Shown in pieces: positions 52,334-64,000 of a stretch of DNA of 64,000 nucleotides (position 1 is its first letter; each line of letters begins with the position of its first letter). This DNA is from Epiperipatus broadwayi. Its lineage: Eukaryota; Animalia; Onychophora. A program made the position numbers and the translations under genes. The notes beneath the pieces were generated by a model that ran no database searches, was not told where the DNA came from, and saw only the letters and a program-made list of their open reading frames with translations. The DNA lies in NCBI GenBank assembly GCA_028023455.1, contig JAQFVV010000009.1, positions 930,001 to 994,000 on the forward strand, in the 5' to 3' direction.

Positions 52334-52923
52334 CTCTATAAGCCTTAATAATTTTGTTACAAATAATTATCATAAATTTAATTTACAGTAATTAATAATA
52401 TAGCTCGGAAATTTTTGATTTATTTAAAGTGGATTATCACAATATTGTTATTCCTTTATTAATTTGAAGTTTGATAAATTTTCACATAAATCTTGTTGGT
52501 AGATATCAAGGCAATAAACACATTTTATGAAAGAGAAGCTAATAATAAACTTAGACTGCAAATATCATATTCAAATGTGTAAGTAAGTGGTTTATAAGAA
52601 GTTGAAACTAAATCTATAAATTAAAATGACAAATTCTACCAAATAACAAATCTCAATGAGTAGGTTTTTGATGAGGCTATTAAAGAACAAAAAACACAAA
52701 AAAGTTTTATAACATCATTAAGATTAAAAAGACATTAGCTTCTCTCTCATAAGATATGTTTATTGCCTTGATGTGAGAATTTATCAAATTTCAGATTAAT
52801 GAAGGAATGACAGAATTATAATAGTCTAATTAAATAGATCAAAAATTTCTAAGCTATGTTGTTAATTACTGTAAATTAAATTTATGACCGTTATTAGTAA
52901 TAAAATTGTAAAGCAATTTACAG
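52334..52923. mobile_element. MITE family C, ~590 bp, ~200-bp imperfect TIRs, TA TSD (Tc1/mariner-type)
   Basis: CATAAATTTAATTTACAGTAATTAA / TTAATTACTGTAAATTAAATTTATG; ATCAAGGCAATAAAC / GTTTATTGCCTTGAT; TA at 52332-52333 and 52924-52925. Confidence 0.75.
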
Positions 52924-53644
52924 TAGTCTCTCTTTATCTCTACAGGTTTGAAAAAAAAATTGAATTCATAACTTTCAGCAGACTCCAGCTAGTATGAGCA
53001 ATATCATAAATTTTCTCAGTTGGCTACTTTCTTCATCACATACACGTATTACAATATTCAGTCATATGATTGCTATCAAATTGAAGTTATTATTTTACTT
53101 TGTATTGCTGCTGTATATTAGTGCAAAGTAAGCTTAGAATAAATCTTGAAGTGCTTTCCTTAAATTAATTATTTTCAAATTGATTTAGTAATAAAAAAAA
53201 ATCATATGCAAACATGACTAATGTTCAATGAGAACAAATCATCATCTCATAAAATAATAATGACATAAGAAATTTGTACTAATATTAATTGTGCTCATAA
53301 ATTTGGTAAAGGTAAATCCACAGTGTGTAACATGTTTAGTGAATTTTGAAAAAACATTAAATTTGTAACTTTTTGAAGACATGAATAGAATATTTTGGTA
53401 CATAATAATATATTACATCAAATAACAATGATACAATACACTGAAAAGAGTGCATTAAATCATTTACTTTAAGTAAGGAATGGTTACTTAGATTCAAAAA
53501 ATTGCTATACATTTATTGCATCTTCCAATAAGGAAATTACTGCCAGAATTAAAAAAAAAGGGATATTTTCAAGAACTGAATTGTTCTGTAAAAGAATGAG
53601 AAATTAAACATATATTCACAAAAAGGTAAAACAAGCAAAAGATT

Positions 53645-54310
53645 TTGAAATTATATGAAAATGCTGCAGCACATGTGACTACATCAAAAGTCCTTTATCA
53701 ACCTAAAAATCTTTCTCTCTCAAAAATAAAAAAATATCTGTTCTACAATTATTTAATCTCAGAAGTTAAAAAATATTTGTGGCTGAAATGGTTAGAATTT
53801 AAAGTCCGATTAATAATAGACACACACAATACACCTAATTATTTTAAATCTGTTCACTATAAAGATAAAAATGTTAAAATTGTACTTTTGCCTTATTTAA
53901 ATCTCTTGATCAAAGTGTCATTCAGTATGTCAAGACCACATCTCCATCAATTATTGGATTAGATTCATTGAAACCCTTGGAGCTAAATTCAATGTTCAAT
54001 TGATGAAAAGTTGGAAATCATTCACTATTGCAAATGTAATATTTATAAAAGTAGTAGTGACTGAATTAGTATCCAAAACTAAAAATACAAGTTGAAAAAT
54101 TATATAAAATAGGTCATCAATGACTTTAAAGGCTTTCTGAAGATTGAAGAAGTTAAAAAAATTATTCAAGCAGAATATGAACTTTGGAAAGATGAATTTG
54201 TAAAAATGATTGATGAAGGAACTGAAGAAAAATATATTGAAGATCATAATGAGGCTTTAATAGATAAAAAGTTACTAGCATTTACGAATTCATCAGCAAA
54301 AAAGAAAAAA
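53645..54310 (+). mobile_element. Decayed pogo/Tigger-like DDE_1 transposase relic
   Basis: YLISEVKKYLWLKWLEFKVRLIIDTHN..KNVKIVLLPYLNLLIKVSF matches FxPEVKKYL...FKVLLILDNAPxHP...NVxVxFLPPNTTSLxQPLDQ; downstream KSWKSFTIANVI and NDFKGF pieces are typical of Tigger C-termini. Confidence 0.75.
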
Positions 54311-55717
54311 GGATAAAAAGCATCATTACACAGAATTTATAGTAAACCAATAAAATACAGAATTAAAGTCATACATTTGATCACTAAACAATATATTAGA
54401 GAAAAAAAAATCTAGCGGCCTGGTAATGTTATATCGCTCTGTTTTTAACTAGAAACAGTGCCACCAAAGGCTGTACAGTGAATACTTTACAAATACCAAC
54501 TATTTTGATGAGTTAAAAAAGAAGACATATAACTTATCACAATGTTTTTCAAAAAAGTACCATTACAATGAAAAGAGAAAGAAAAAAATATTAATTTTGT
54601 CTTCTTCAAATATTATTCAAAATTGCTTAAAAAGAGAGAAAGAAGCTGGGCAGATGATCCTTCTGGCATATCATCAAAAATTCACAGCTTAATTTTTAAG
54701 TCACAATGCCTATATTATTCATTTTACTTTATCTCAATATGTAAACAAGATATTTGAAAGCAAAAATACAATCTTAACAGCTTTATCTTCATAATGAACA
54801 AATTTAAAGTAATTAGGTACAGTCTATTATTAGCAGGACTTTAATATTCCAACTCCCCCTCACCCCCCCAAGCCTCAAGTTATTATTATATTTTTGGAAC
54901 TAAACAATTGTGAATACATTTCAAAAATAGAATAACTATGATTAAAGATTTTAATTTTCTACATTTTATTATCATCAATTTTTGTTACTAGAAGACAGTA
55001 AACACATTAATGTACAATGATTTGAGATTATGTGTATGTAAAAGTCCTTTTTCTTTTTTTAAATTTATTATTGTAGTATCTTTTCCATCACCATATTATT
55101 TTATTTTTGAGTTCATTATTTCAGTTAATGTCTAAAGGTATATAATTTTTAAATGAAATTGTATTACAGGCATTGGGTTTACTATTATCCATGATATCAG
55201 GTATCCATACAAAGGATTGGAATCAAATGGCTATGAATATGAGAAGATTACATGGGTGAATAATTTATTAACATCCTATATATTAAATGATACTATTTTG
55301 AATCAGTTAGACTTAGGAATTAATAATACTCATATCACATGAATATACATATAATATAATAATTTCTAGAAGCCGATCTTAACTTCTAGCACTGACTTTT
55401 TATTAAATTAATCAATTATCTCATAATACATCATTATCCAGCAAATTCTAATAGACAAAAATGGAATAAGATAGATAATTAATTTAATAAAAAGATGGTG
55501 CTAGAAGTTAATATTAGTTTCTAAAAATTATTTTATATTAAATGCCAATATTAATATTCTATTATATATATATTTCAAAACACATTTACATGTACTCAAA
55601 TGTATTCCATACAATAATCAATTCAATAATGTAAATTCAGTAGACATTCAAACTTAATATATTTCAGCCTTGTAATTATTTAATTAGCTTGGTCCATTAT
55701 AATTTTGCTTGTTCTAG

Positions 55718-55780
55718 TCATTCAGCACTATCAACAATTGGGTCTGTCACAGCAATGGCTTCAATTTCAATGCGAGCTCC
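55718..55780 (-). CDS. RIDA: Last coding exon of RidA/UK114-family 2-iminobutanoate/2-iminopropanoate deaminase (GARIEIEAIAVTDPIVDSAE*)
   Basis: TATATTTTAG acceptor then phase-0 GARIEIEAIAV, matching the family C-terminus (human GSRIEIEAVAI); TGA at 55718-55720. Confidence 0.92.
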   Translation of the reverse strand, partial: GARIEIEAIAVTDPIVDSAE

Positions 55781-56559
55781 CTAAAATATAATATAAAAAA
55801 TATCAAAAAATATTAGTTAACTAAAATGAAAAAAACATAAGCATTATCAATTCATAATTAATAAACAGAATGTAAAATAAAAGTTTTAAAACATTTTATT
55901 TATAATTTCACATGAAGTTAACCCTTATTTACTAAATTTAACAGCAGTCATCTCTTTTTATAAAAGAGCTACAACAAAAATTTTGTAACAAAATAGTAGT
56001 GTTGGAATCTGATTATGTGTAATGGGTGATAATTAAAGCATAAAAAAAGAAATAATTCACACACAGATATTTATTACAAATAGTAACATTACACTTTATT
56101 AGATATATTATACTATAAAACAAAAACCAACAAAATAATGCCATGTATGTAGTGGTTTTGATTTTCTAATATCTCATATCTGATGTTCCTGTTTGTAAAA
56201 AATTATATAAATAGTGATGTGTGGCCTATGAAATTTAGTAGAGTAGAAGAATGATGAATTAAAATACTTGGATGGAAAGGCAATGGTGTTACTTCTAGTG
56301 CTCTAATACCACATGATCTTCCAAGCGATAAAAAAATTTGATTATTTTCAGCAGTGTTCATTTTAGCACAAGGATAGAGTAATGGATTTGGGAACTAAAC
56401 ATTCTCTAGATCAAAGCTCAATTTATCATCTCTGGCATTCAAATGTTACATGACCTTGTGAGTGACTAATCATTCAATTTCTTTTAATGCTAATTTGCCT
56501 GACATGATCAAATGTTTGATTGAATATATACTATCTATTTTTTTTTTTCATATGTCATA

Positions 56560-56645
56560 GCATCGGCCGGGAGGCGAACCCACAACCGTCTGCAACCAAC
56601 TACTTGCTTGCAAGGCAGCTGCAATGACCTCTCAGCTAACAACGC
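56560..56645 (-). mobile_element. Second, more diverged tRNA-Gly-related SINE-like copy with an internal insertion
   Basis: Minus strand GTCAA-GCGTTG...CAGCTGCCTTGCAAGCA...GGGTTCGCCTCCCGGCCGATGC-TATGACATATGAAAAAAA; shares the 5' GTCAA leader and 3' TGACATATG-A-rich tail with 50308-50378. Confidence 0.6.
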
Positions 56646-57337
56646 TTGACTACTATATATTTTTGTAGCAAATTTTTTATTTATTTTGGAAATTCACAAT
56701 ATCACAAATGAATTGAAGTAAATACTAAATTCAAAAGGAATAAAAAATTACAACTAAAATTTGATTATATGAATATCAAACTAATTGTTGTTTTCCTTGA
56801 AATGTCAAAATATAATACTAATTAAACTTTAACTTTACTATTCATTGACTGATATTCCTAGATTCTTAATTCTACCACATTCATCTAAACAATCAAGAAG
56901 ATAAGAGAAGCCATGTTCAGGTGAAATCAACTCAAGTCCATTAGTCATAGAGGAACTAAAATCATTCTATTTAATATAAATAACAGGTACATAAAATGTT
57001 TTAAAAGAATATTTAAACATATTAAAATTATACTAAGTTATTTTATGGAATATTACCAAAGCAATCAATGTCATAAAAAAATTTTCTATAAAATTTTGAT
57101 ATGCAAATTTTAATACAATTTGCATCATATCATGGATACTGAATAATTGTCAACCCAATTTTGGGGACTGAATCCAGCTTTTGGACCGTAATTTGAAAAT
57201 CCTTGGATACAGACAACCAATAAATCAAAGACATTCTAGTTAAAATATTACAATTATTTTAAAAATAGATTAACATAAAAAAAAAAATTAATTTAAAGAA
57301 TACCACAGAAATAAAATTATCTTTATATTTTATTACT

Positions 57338-57846
57338 AAACATTACATGATCACTATTATCTTATACTTGCTCATAACGGTTATTAAAACAGGCAAAACT
57401 CTATATACAGTAGTGCCACTCAATGCAAACCAGAGTAATCAATGGATGCCAGAAGGTTTGTGCATAAAATCCCTACCTAGTGCCTACTCATCAATATCCC
57501 CAGACTAGTTTCTACCTTCTAGCTTTCATCAATGAGGAGCCTTGTATGTGAGCACTACATCTACATCTTAGGATCTAATGCAACCCTCCAGCAGTCACCT
57601 TTTATCTCTACTTAACTACAAAACTATGAGAATAAAATTGAAAACAATAATATTTTCAATCCAAGCTCATTAGCTTATATAGTCATATAAGTCTGAATTC
57701 AGTTCATTACCCATACATTTTGGCATTTTTGGTTCTTTAATAACCATAGCCACCACTATCCTATTAGGCAGGATTGCATGGAGAGTTTTTCCTATTTTAA
57801 TAACAGTTATGGGCAAGCATAAGAAATGGTGATCATGTGATGGTTA
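57338..57846. mobile_element. Complete MITE family A copy (~510 bp) with ~70-bp imperfect TIRs, inside the RIDA intron
   Basis: Left ACATGATCACTATTATCTTATACTTGCTCATAACGGTTATTAAAACAGGCAAAACTCT vs right AGAGTTTTTCCTATTTTAATAACAGTTATGGGCAAGCATAAGAAATGGTGATCATGT. Confidence 0.75.
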
Positions 57847-57858
57847 ATGGTTTAATAC

Positions 57859-58253
57859 CAATCCTCCCTAATAGGATAGTGGTGGCTATGGTTATTAAAG
57901 AACCAAAGACACCAAAATGTATGGGTACTGAACTGAGCTCAGACCTACATGACTAAGCTAATGAGCTTGGATTGAAAATATTATGGTGTTTTCAATTTTA
58001 TTCTCATAGTTTTGTAGTTAAGTAGAGATAAAAGGTGGCATCTGGAGAGTTGCATTAGATCCTAAGATCTAGATGCAGTGCTCTCAGATCGAAGGCTCCT
58101 CACTAATGAAAGCAACAAGCTAGAAACTAATCTGGGGATACTGAATGAGTAGGCACTAGATAGGGATTTTATGCACAAACCTTTTGGCATCCATTGATTA
58201 CTCTGGCTTGCACTGAGTGGTACTACTGTATGGAGAGTTTTGCCTGTTTTAAT
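57859..58253. mobile_element. Adjacent inverted partial copy of MITE family A
   Basis: Near reverse complement of 57383-57776 over ~395 bp. Confidence 0.85.
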
Positions 58254-59318
58254 CTTTTCTAAAATAATGCAAGTGTCAGGTTTATAGGCCCTTTGAGAGA
58301 TATAAATCTGGATCACAAATAAAAAAACCTATGCCCAAGCCTCATTTGCTAGTTTGAACAATCTTAACCAGATATTAGAATTGAGGCACATTAATCAGCA
58401 AATGATATTTGCAGAAAACAATTTGAAGAGAAAATTTAAAATTCACACAAGATAGAATGTATTTAAATCAAGAATAAAAATGTTTACTTTAAAAAACTAA
58501 AAACTTCATTTTCTCATTGTCCACAAGTGCTACTATGACTTTCCTATAATTCTTCAGTGCAAAAAACAAAATTCTGAGACAATGTATATCATTAAAAAAA
58601 TCAAAAATAAGATGAAAGCATAAAAATTGGCTGAAGCAACTAACAGCAAAAAAATAATTGCTTAAATTCTACTAAAGTTCAGATGTTTGAATGAAAAATT
58701 AAAAAATATATACTTATGCATGTACTAAAAAATATTAAAAAGTCTTTTATTCCAAATCTAATCAATCCCAAATCACTTTGAGAAAATATATTTGAGATCA
58801 AACTTGGTCTAAATGCCTATATTCACAATATTAAAAGAAATGAAAACAAATAATAATTGCTATGTTCACAGTAACCTTTTCAATAAAACAATTTAATGGT
58901 TTTAAAAACTGAGTCAACAATCTCATCAGACATAGTATTAAGAAGCTTCATCAGTCTATCCATTCTTAGACAGCAGCACTATTTTGTGCATATAAATTCA
59001 AAAAATGTTAACAATGAATATGAGTTTTTAAAATCTATTGTATAATTTATTTCAGTAGTAAAACAATAAATTATTACAATTTAAATGCAGTAATATTTTT
59101 GCAAATGAATAAAAACTTATACATATTTAAGAAAAATCTGCAACAAGTTTTTAATTTGAATTTCATAATATGCTGTAATGTATTAAACTGTCAGTCATTT
59201 CTGATTTTAATCCATGTTTGTCATTGTTTTATTTTATCCTCCATTAATCTTTCATTAATCCAAATAATTATTTTGCCATTCTGTTTGATATAGTATTAAT
59301 CTCCACAATATTGTTCTT

Positions 59319-59549
59319 TCACTTTTTATTTATAATAAATTCCACAACATTTGTGCTTCCAATATTTGTGCCTTTAGTAAAATACAAATTCATTTTTAAA
59401 TCAATTTTTTCATTTTTTCTTCTAACTTCACAATATTCAACAATGACCCATTTAATATTAGATAGTTCTTCCAATTCAGGCAATCTTTCTTCACTTGAAA
59501 GAGATCTCCAATAGTAGGTACCCAAATAAAAAGTATCATCGAATGGCAA
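59319..59549 (-). mobile_element. Decayed LINE apurinic-endonuclease N-terminus (RTE-like)
   Basis: YLGTYYWRSLSSEERLPELEELSNIKWVIVEYCEVRRK resembles the IGTYNVRTLSxxERLxELxxELxxIKWDIIGLSEVRRK motif at the start of RTE-clade APE domains. Confidence 0.65.
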
Positions 59550-61958
59550 CCTAGGTCTGAAATCAGGGGATTCTTACTACCCTCTGTCTTAGACTATCAA
59601 CCACTGCCTTGACTAATGATTTTATAGCCTCCTAGGAATAAGGTACATAATTTAGTTTTGTCAGTCATGATTTATTAAAAACTAAAAAATATCATTTACA
59701 TATACATTTATCTTGCTTTCAAGAAAACTTAATTGATATTTCAGTTAAGAAAGATAAGGCAATTGAGAAAAAAGACCTTGGCGATGCTTTATCTTAAACT
59801 CAGAGGTATAAAGTTAGTAAATTCGCTATGCTGGTTGATGCATATTGGTAATCAATCCATCTATATTTGTTTACTAAATGAGTAATCACACAATAATAAC
59901 AGTTGCAATAACAAAACCATAAAAAGTGAACATTAGGAATTTGCTGTTTGGTTCTTCTAAAGCTTCAAAAAGAAATCATGTGTTTCCTTTTGGTTAACAG
60001 CAATTTCTTTTTGGCAGTCATTTATCATATGCTAGTTTTTAATCTGTTTACCTGATATTTTATGATGCTAACTTTTCTTTCTAAAAGACTTTAACATCTG
60101 CATATCCACAGTCAACAATCTTACATCTCATAAGTGCTTTAAGATAATTTTTATAATATAGAATAGTTATTATGTCTTATAAAATCCATGTTCAAGTTTA
60201 GCATAATATATTTTTTTAGGAAGACTTTTATTGTTCACTTGCTTCATATGAAGACCAAGCCATTACAGTAGCAGATACAATATCATTACATCCAGAAAGC
60301 TGAAAAACATATGGAATGATTTCATAATTTTGCCAACATATTACTATAAAGTATTTTTATGTTACATTGTTGAAAAGTTCATGTCTTGATTCTACAAAAT
60401 AAATTTGGTAGATTTAGTGAAAGTGATTATATCGTTAAGAAAAAAATTTTCTAACTCTTAAGTGCAGTACTCAGAGTTAGTGCAACATTCAAGTTCAAAA
60501 TATTTAAATTGATTTCCAATCCTTAGCTGATAATCAGTGAATTAAAAGTTGATAAAAAATTTTCTTCCATTATGGACTGATAAGTGCTTGAATTTTTGAA
60601 GATTGATAACTAAACAAAAATCATTATCTAAATTCCCATCCAAAATTAGTTTTCATATAAAGTATATATATATAAAAAATGTAAAGAAATCCAGAAAAAT
60701 GATAAGAAATAGAATAGTATCTTTTAAAAAAGAGGTGAAAAATAAAGAAACCAAGATTCTAGTATCACAACTTAATTTAAAATTAAAAGATATTGCATTA
60801 TGGCATAAAACATAGAACAATTTTTCATTAAAATTGATTTAATACAGATTGGAAATAATATGCCATTTGATGGAAAAGATTCATATTTTATAAGCACTAA
60901 AAAATTAACAATAAAAAAAATAGTTATACTGTTAGCGTTATATTCTGTTTATGAAAAGACACAAAAGATTAATTTATGAATCATACTAGTAAAATGTTTC
61001 ACAAACAATTTCTCTTCTCATATGTTCTTAAACACATCAAAAAATTATAAAAAGGAAATGAAATAATAGAATAAATCATAATAAACAGCAAATAATATAT
61101 TAAATAAAACACCAGCTTAGGAAAGCTATGAATAATAAGAATAAATTTATAAAAAATATATTCCAAATAATATATTCATGTGAGAAATGTTTTGCAAAAA
61201 TTAATAGCAATTATGTAAAATCAATATTGGACATTCTAAAGATTAATGAACTTATGTCAAAATGAGATCCCATCATAGAGAATGTGTGAAGACTTATCAA
61301 TAATAAAATTAAATGAAAAGTGTAATTAATTTCAATTATTGTAACAAAGATATGTCAATAGATAGCATAACTTTAATCAATTTATAAAAAAAGAGAACAC
61401 ATAAAAAACCATGTTGATAAAATATATAAATATTCTATTATTTTTAATATTTTATTTTATACATGCACACACAAAATACATACACATTTTCAACTTTACT
61501 TCTAAGAAACTTTTCCAAATATTATAATTTTTTAAAAGTAATGTTTTCAATTTTGTTTTTTATCATCAACTGCCTAAATATATTTATATTTCCCCATTCA
61601 ATTATTACATTGAAATCTTGGGAAATTGCCCAAATTATTTATTTGCAACTATTATATGGAAAAAATTCTTTTTATCACAAAGTTTTATATGGCTTCACTA
61701 CAAAACCACTAAATCAGATGATTAATATGGCAAATAAAATACAGGTAGAGCTTATAAAAAAAAAAAAATAATAAAATTTGAAGATAAAAATATGGACTTT
61801 TATTACATATTTTTAAAAATTCATCTAAGCAAAAATTTTTACATTAAATAAGAAAAATGCACGATAACTCCACTATCAAAACTGCACATATATAGATATA
61901 CACACACATATATTAATACACTTAAGAGACAAACACATATATTCATTAGGTTTTTTAC

Positions 61959-62014
61959 CTTAGGCAAATTAGCGACCTGATAAGCTGCACGAGCAGGAAA
62001 TTTGTTTGAGAAAT
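61959..62014 (-). CDS. RIDA: Penultimate coding exon of RIDA ((Y)FSNKFPARAAYQVANLPK)
   Basis: 56-nt exon bounded by TTTTAG and GTAAAA; encodes the FPARAAYQVAxLPK signature; phase 0 end joins the 55718-55780 exon in frame. No upstream exons were found in the window. Confidence 0.93.
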
Positions 62015-64000
62015 CTAAAATACATATAGTATATATTAAAATAATCATTTCAAAATTGTACAATTTTAACTCTTATAATATCAATTATATATATATATTG
62101 AGGCAAAATGATCATTGATGATGATAATGCCTTCATAGTTAAACATAGTTATTAATAGAAAGATGATTTAAATAAATGTGATAGAAATATTTAGTTGTAC
62201 TAAATTTATTTTTTTATATGTCTTTACTTATATGTAATAGACACGATAGAAATTTATTTTATTTGTAAATTAATTTACTTATAATAAAAAGAACCTAGAA
62301 AAACATATTGAAACTAGTTTTAAATTTGAAAAAACACATTTTTCCAAATTTAACTATCAAAAATGGTGAGTAATGTTTTTAAAAATATATGTGCTACAAA
62401 AAAAAAAAAGTACAGCAAAGTAATTGAAATAAAATGGTTTGTTTATTCAAAAAATATTCTGTGATGTTATATAAGATCAAAACAAAGAATAATAGTAACA
62501 GTTAATGAAACGATGCATTTAAATGTTTTCTTCTATCAACAGAGGACAAGTACTTGATGTAAAGTTTAGAAGCCATGAAACATATAACATCGAGCCATAA
62601 ATTATGGTAAAAGATCAGTGTTGGAAAAAGGTGCACAAAATGATCACCAATAAACTTCCAAATACTTGCTAATCAATTCTATCACTGTCATAACTATTTC
62701 TGTTGTGAAGTTAAATTCTAATGTCTTGCTAAGAAATGACTGCATTCTACTGTGCAAGTGCTTCTTTTGAATTATTCTCTATCTAAAATATATTGATATT
62801 TATGTATATTTGAATTACAGAAAAAGTATGCATATAAAACCAAACAATTTTCATGTTTACAAATAAAATCTATAGCAATCTATCTGAGCAAGAATCAACA
62901 AATGAAAAAAAAGCAATAAAGATTATGAAGACTATAAATCTGCATTTTATATAAAGAACTATGGAAAGATTGTTTTTTGAAAAAAAAAAGAATTTTGTCT
63001 GAGATTTATCTTTCTTTCAAAATAATTAATTCTAAAGCTTGCCATTTTATTATTTATTTATTATATTGTTAAAAGTTTTAATTAATTTAAAACAAATTGT
63101 TTTATTTTAACAATTTAAGAAATTGTCTATTAATAATGTTGTAATAACTGAAAACTGCTTATGCCATTATTCTTACAGTGTTAGAGGTTATAAATCAAGC
63201 TGATTCCAGGCTAAGATGAGAATATTAAAAAGCTAATTAATGCTTTCTTATAATTCTAAGACACAGACATATTTGTAATCACAACAACATTGCCATAATC
63301 TTTACAAAGAGAAATGTGTTTATTTCAGTCCTTCTTTGTTCATTTGAGTAATAGTTAAATTTTTTATATGAAATCTATGACTGTGCTAGTTAATATTTCA
63401 TGATTTAAAATAATACTTTCGTTAATTTTTTTTTTTTTAAATCAAAACTATCATAAAGTAGCTTTTTTTTATATACTTATGCTTTTCATTTCAGACTGTT
63501 ATTATTATTATCATAAGTTTATGATAAAAAGGAAATATATTTCATTTTTTATTTACAGGTAAATATTTAAAAAGTGGCATAATTTATATATTCTAATTAA
63601 GAATTTCATTACAATGAGAATGATTTATAGAAAATAAAGTAATAAGATCTAAATATTAAATGGTTCATAATAATGGTAATAGAATATAATCTAGTGTTCA
63701 AATTTATAATCTCAATAAAGTTTAAAACATTTCTAACATTTATTTTTAATTATGATGAAAACACCACCTCTGTAATTAGTATAGAAAAAAATGACAGACT
63801 TTAAAACTAAAAGTTCTTGAATTAAAAGTTCTTTACTATTTTGATGCTTCAATATCTTAAGATTCTTCTCTCACTGAGAAACTAATCATTCAATTATCAT
63901 TTATATCTGTGCAGCTTAGAACAGTAGAAAAATAATAGGATCAAGCTAATGGTTTTTGGATCAATATTTCAGCTATTGTGTTCAAACTGCCTGGTACTTG

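Noticed and set aside
1600-59549. Apparent excess of minus-strand TE relics suggesting a unistrand piRNA cluster
   Set aside because: Several relics are on + (16-18.8 kb LINEs, 21.6 kb PLE, Tigger); the bias is modest and cannot be tested without small-RNA data.
62015-64000. Searched for further RIDA exons (VVKTTVLL...YKQY region)
   Set aside because: No matching frame with splice sites found; upstream exons presumably lie beyond the window.

Overview
Very AT-rich, CpG-depleted eukaryotic (animal, probably arthropod-like) DNA. Two convergent host genes bracket the window. On + is a 3' terminal coding exon of an unrecognised gene (547-1190). On - are the last two coding exons of RIDA/UK114 (61959-62014 and 55718-55780). 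The ~54 kb between them is mostly transposon-derived. It holds a near-complete, decayed Ty3/Gypsy LTR retrotransposon with ~1.8-2 kb LTRs, a tRNA-Lys PBS and a CTAT TSD (39379-47531), with an older gag relic of the same lineage beside it. It also holds a head-to-head pair of Penelope-like elements (PLEs) bounded by a 13-bp TSD (31251-35613), several decayed LINEs, a Tigger/pogo relic, three MITE families, two tRNA-Gly-derived SINE-like copies and an old local duplication. The most unusual signal is the 3' tail of both PLE copies. Each carries intact tRNA-type Pol III A and B boxes directly upstream of a hammerhead-ribozyme-like core and a variable tandem repeat, which looks like a SINE/retrozyme module built into a formerly autonomous PLE. 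All calls are by eye; no alignments or database searches were run.
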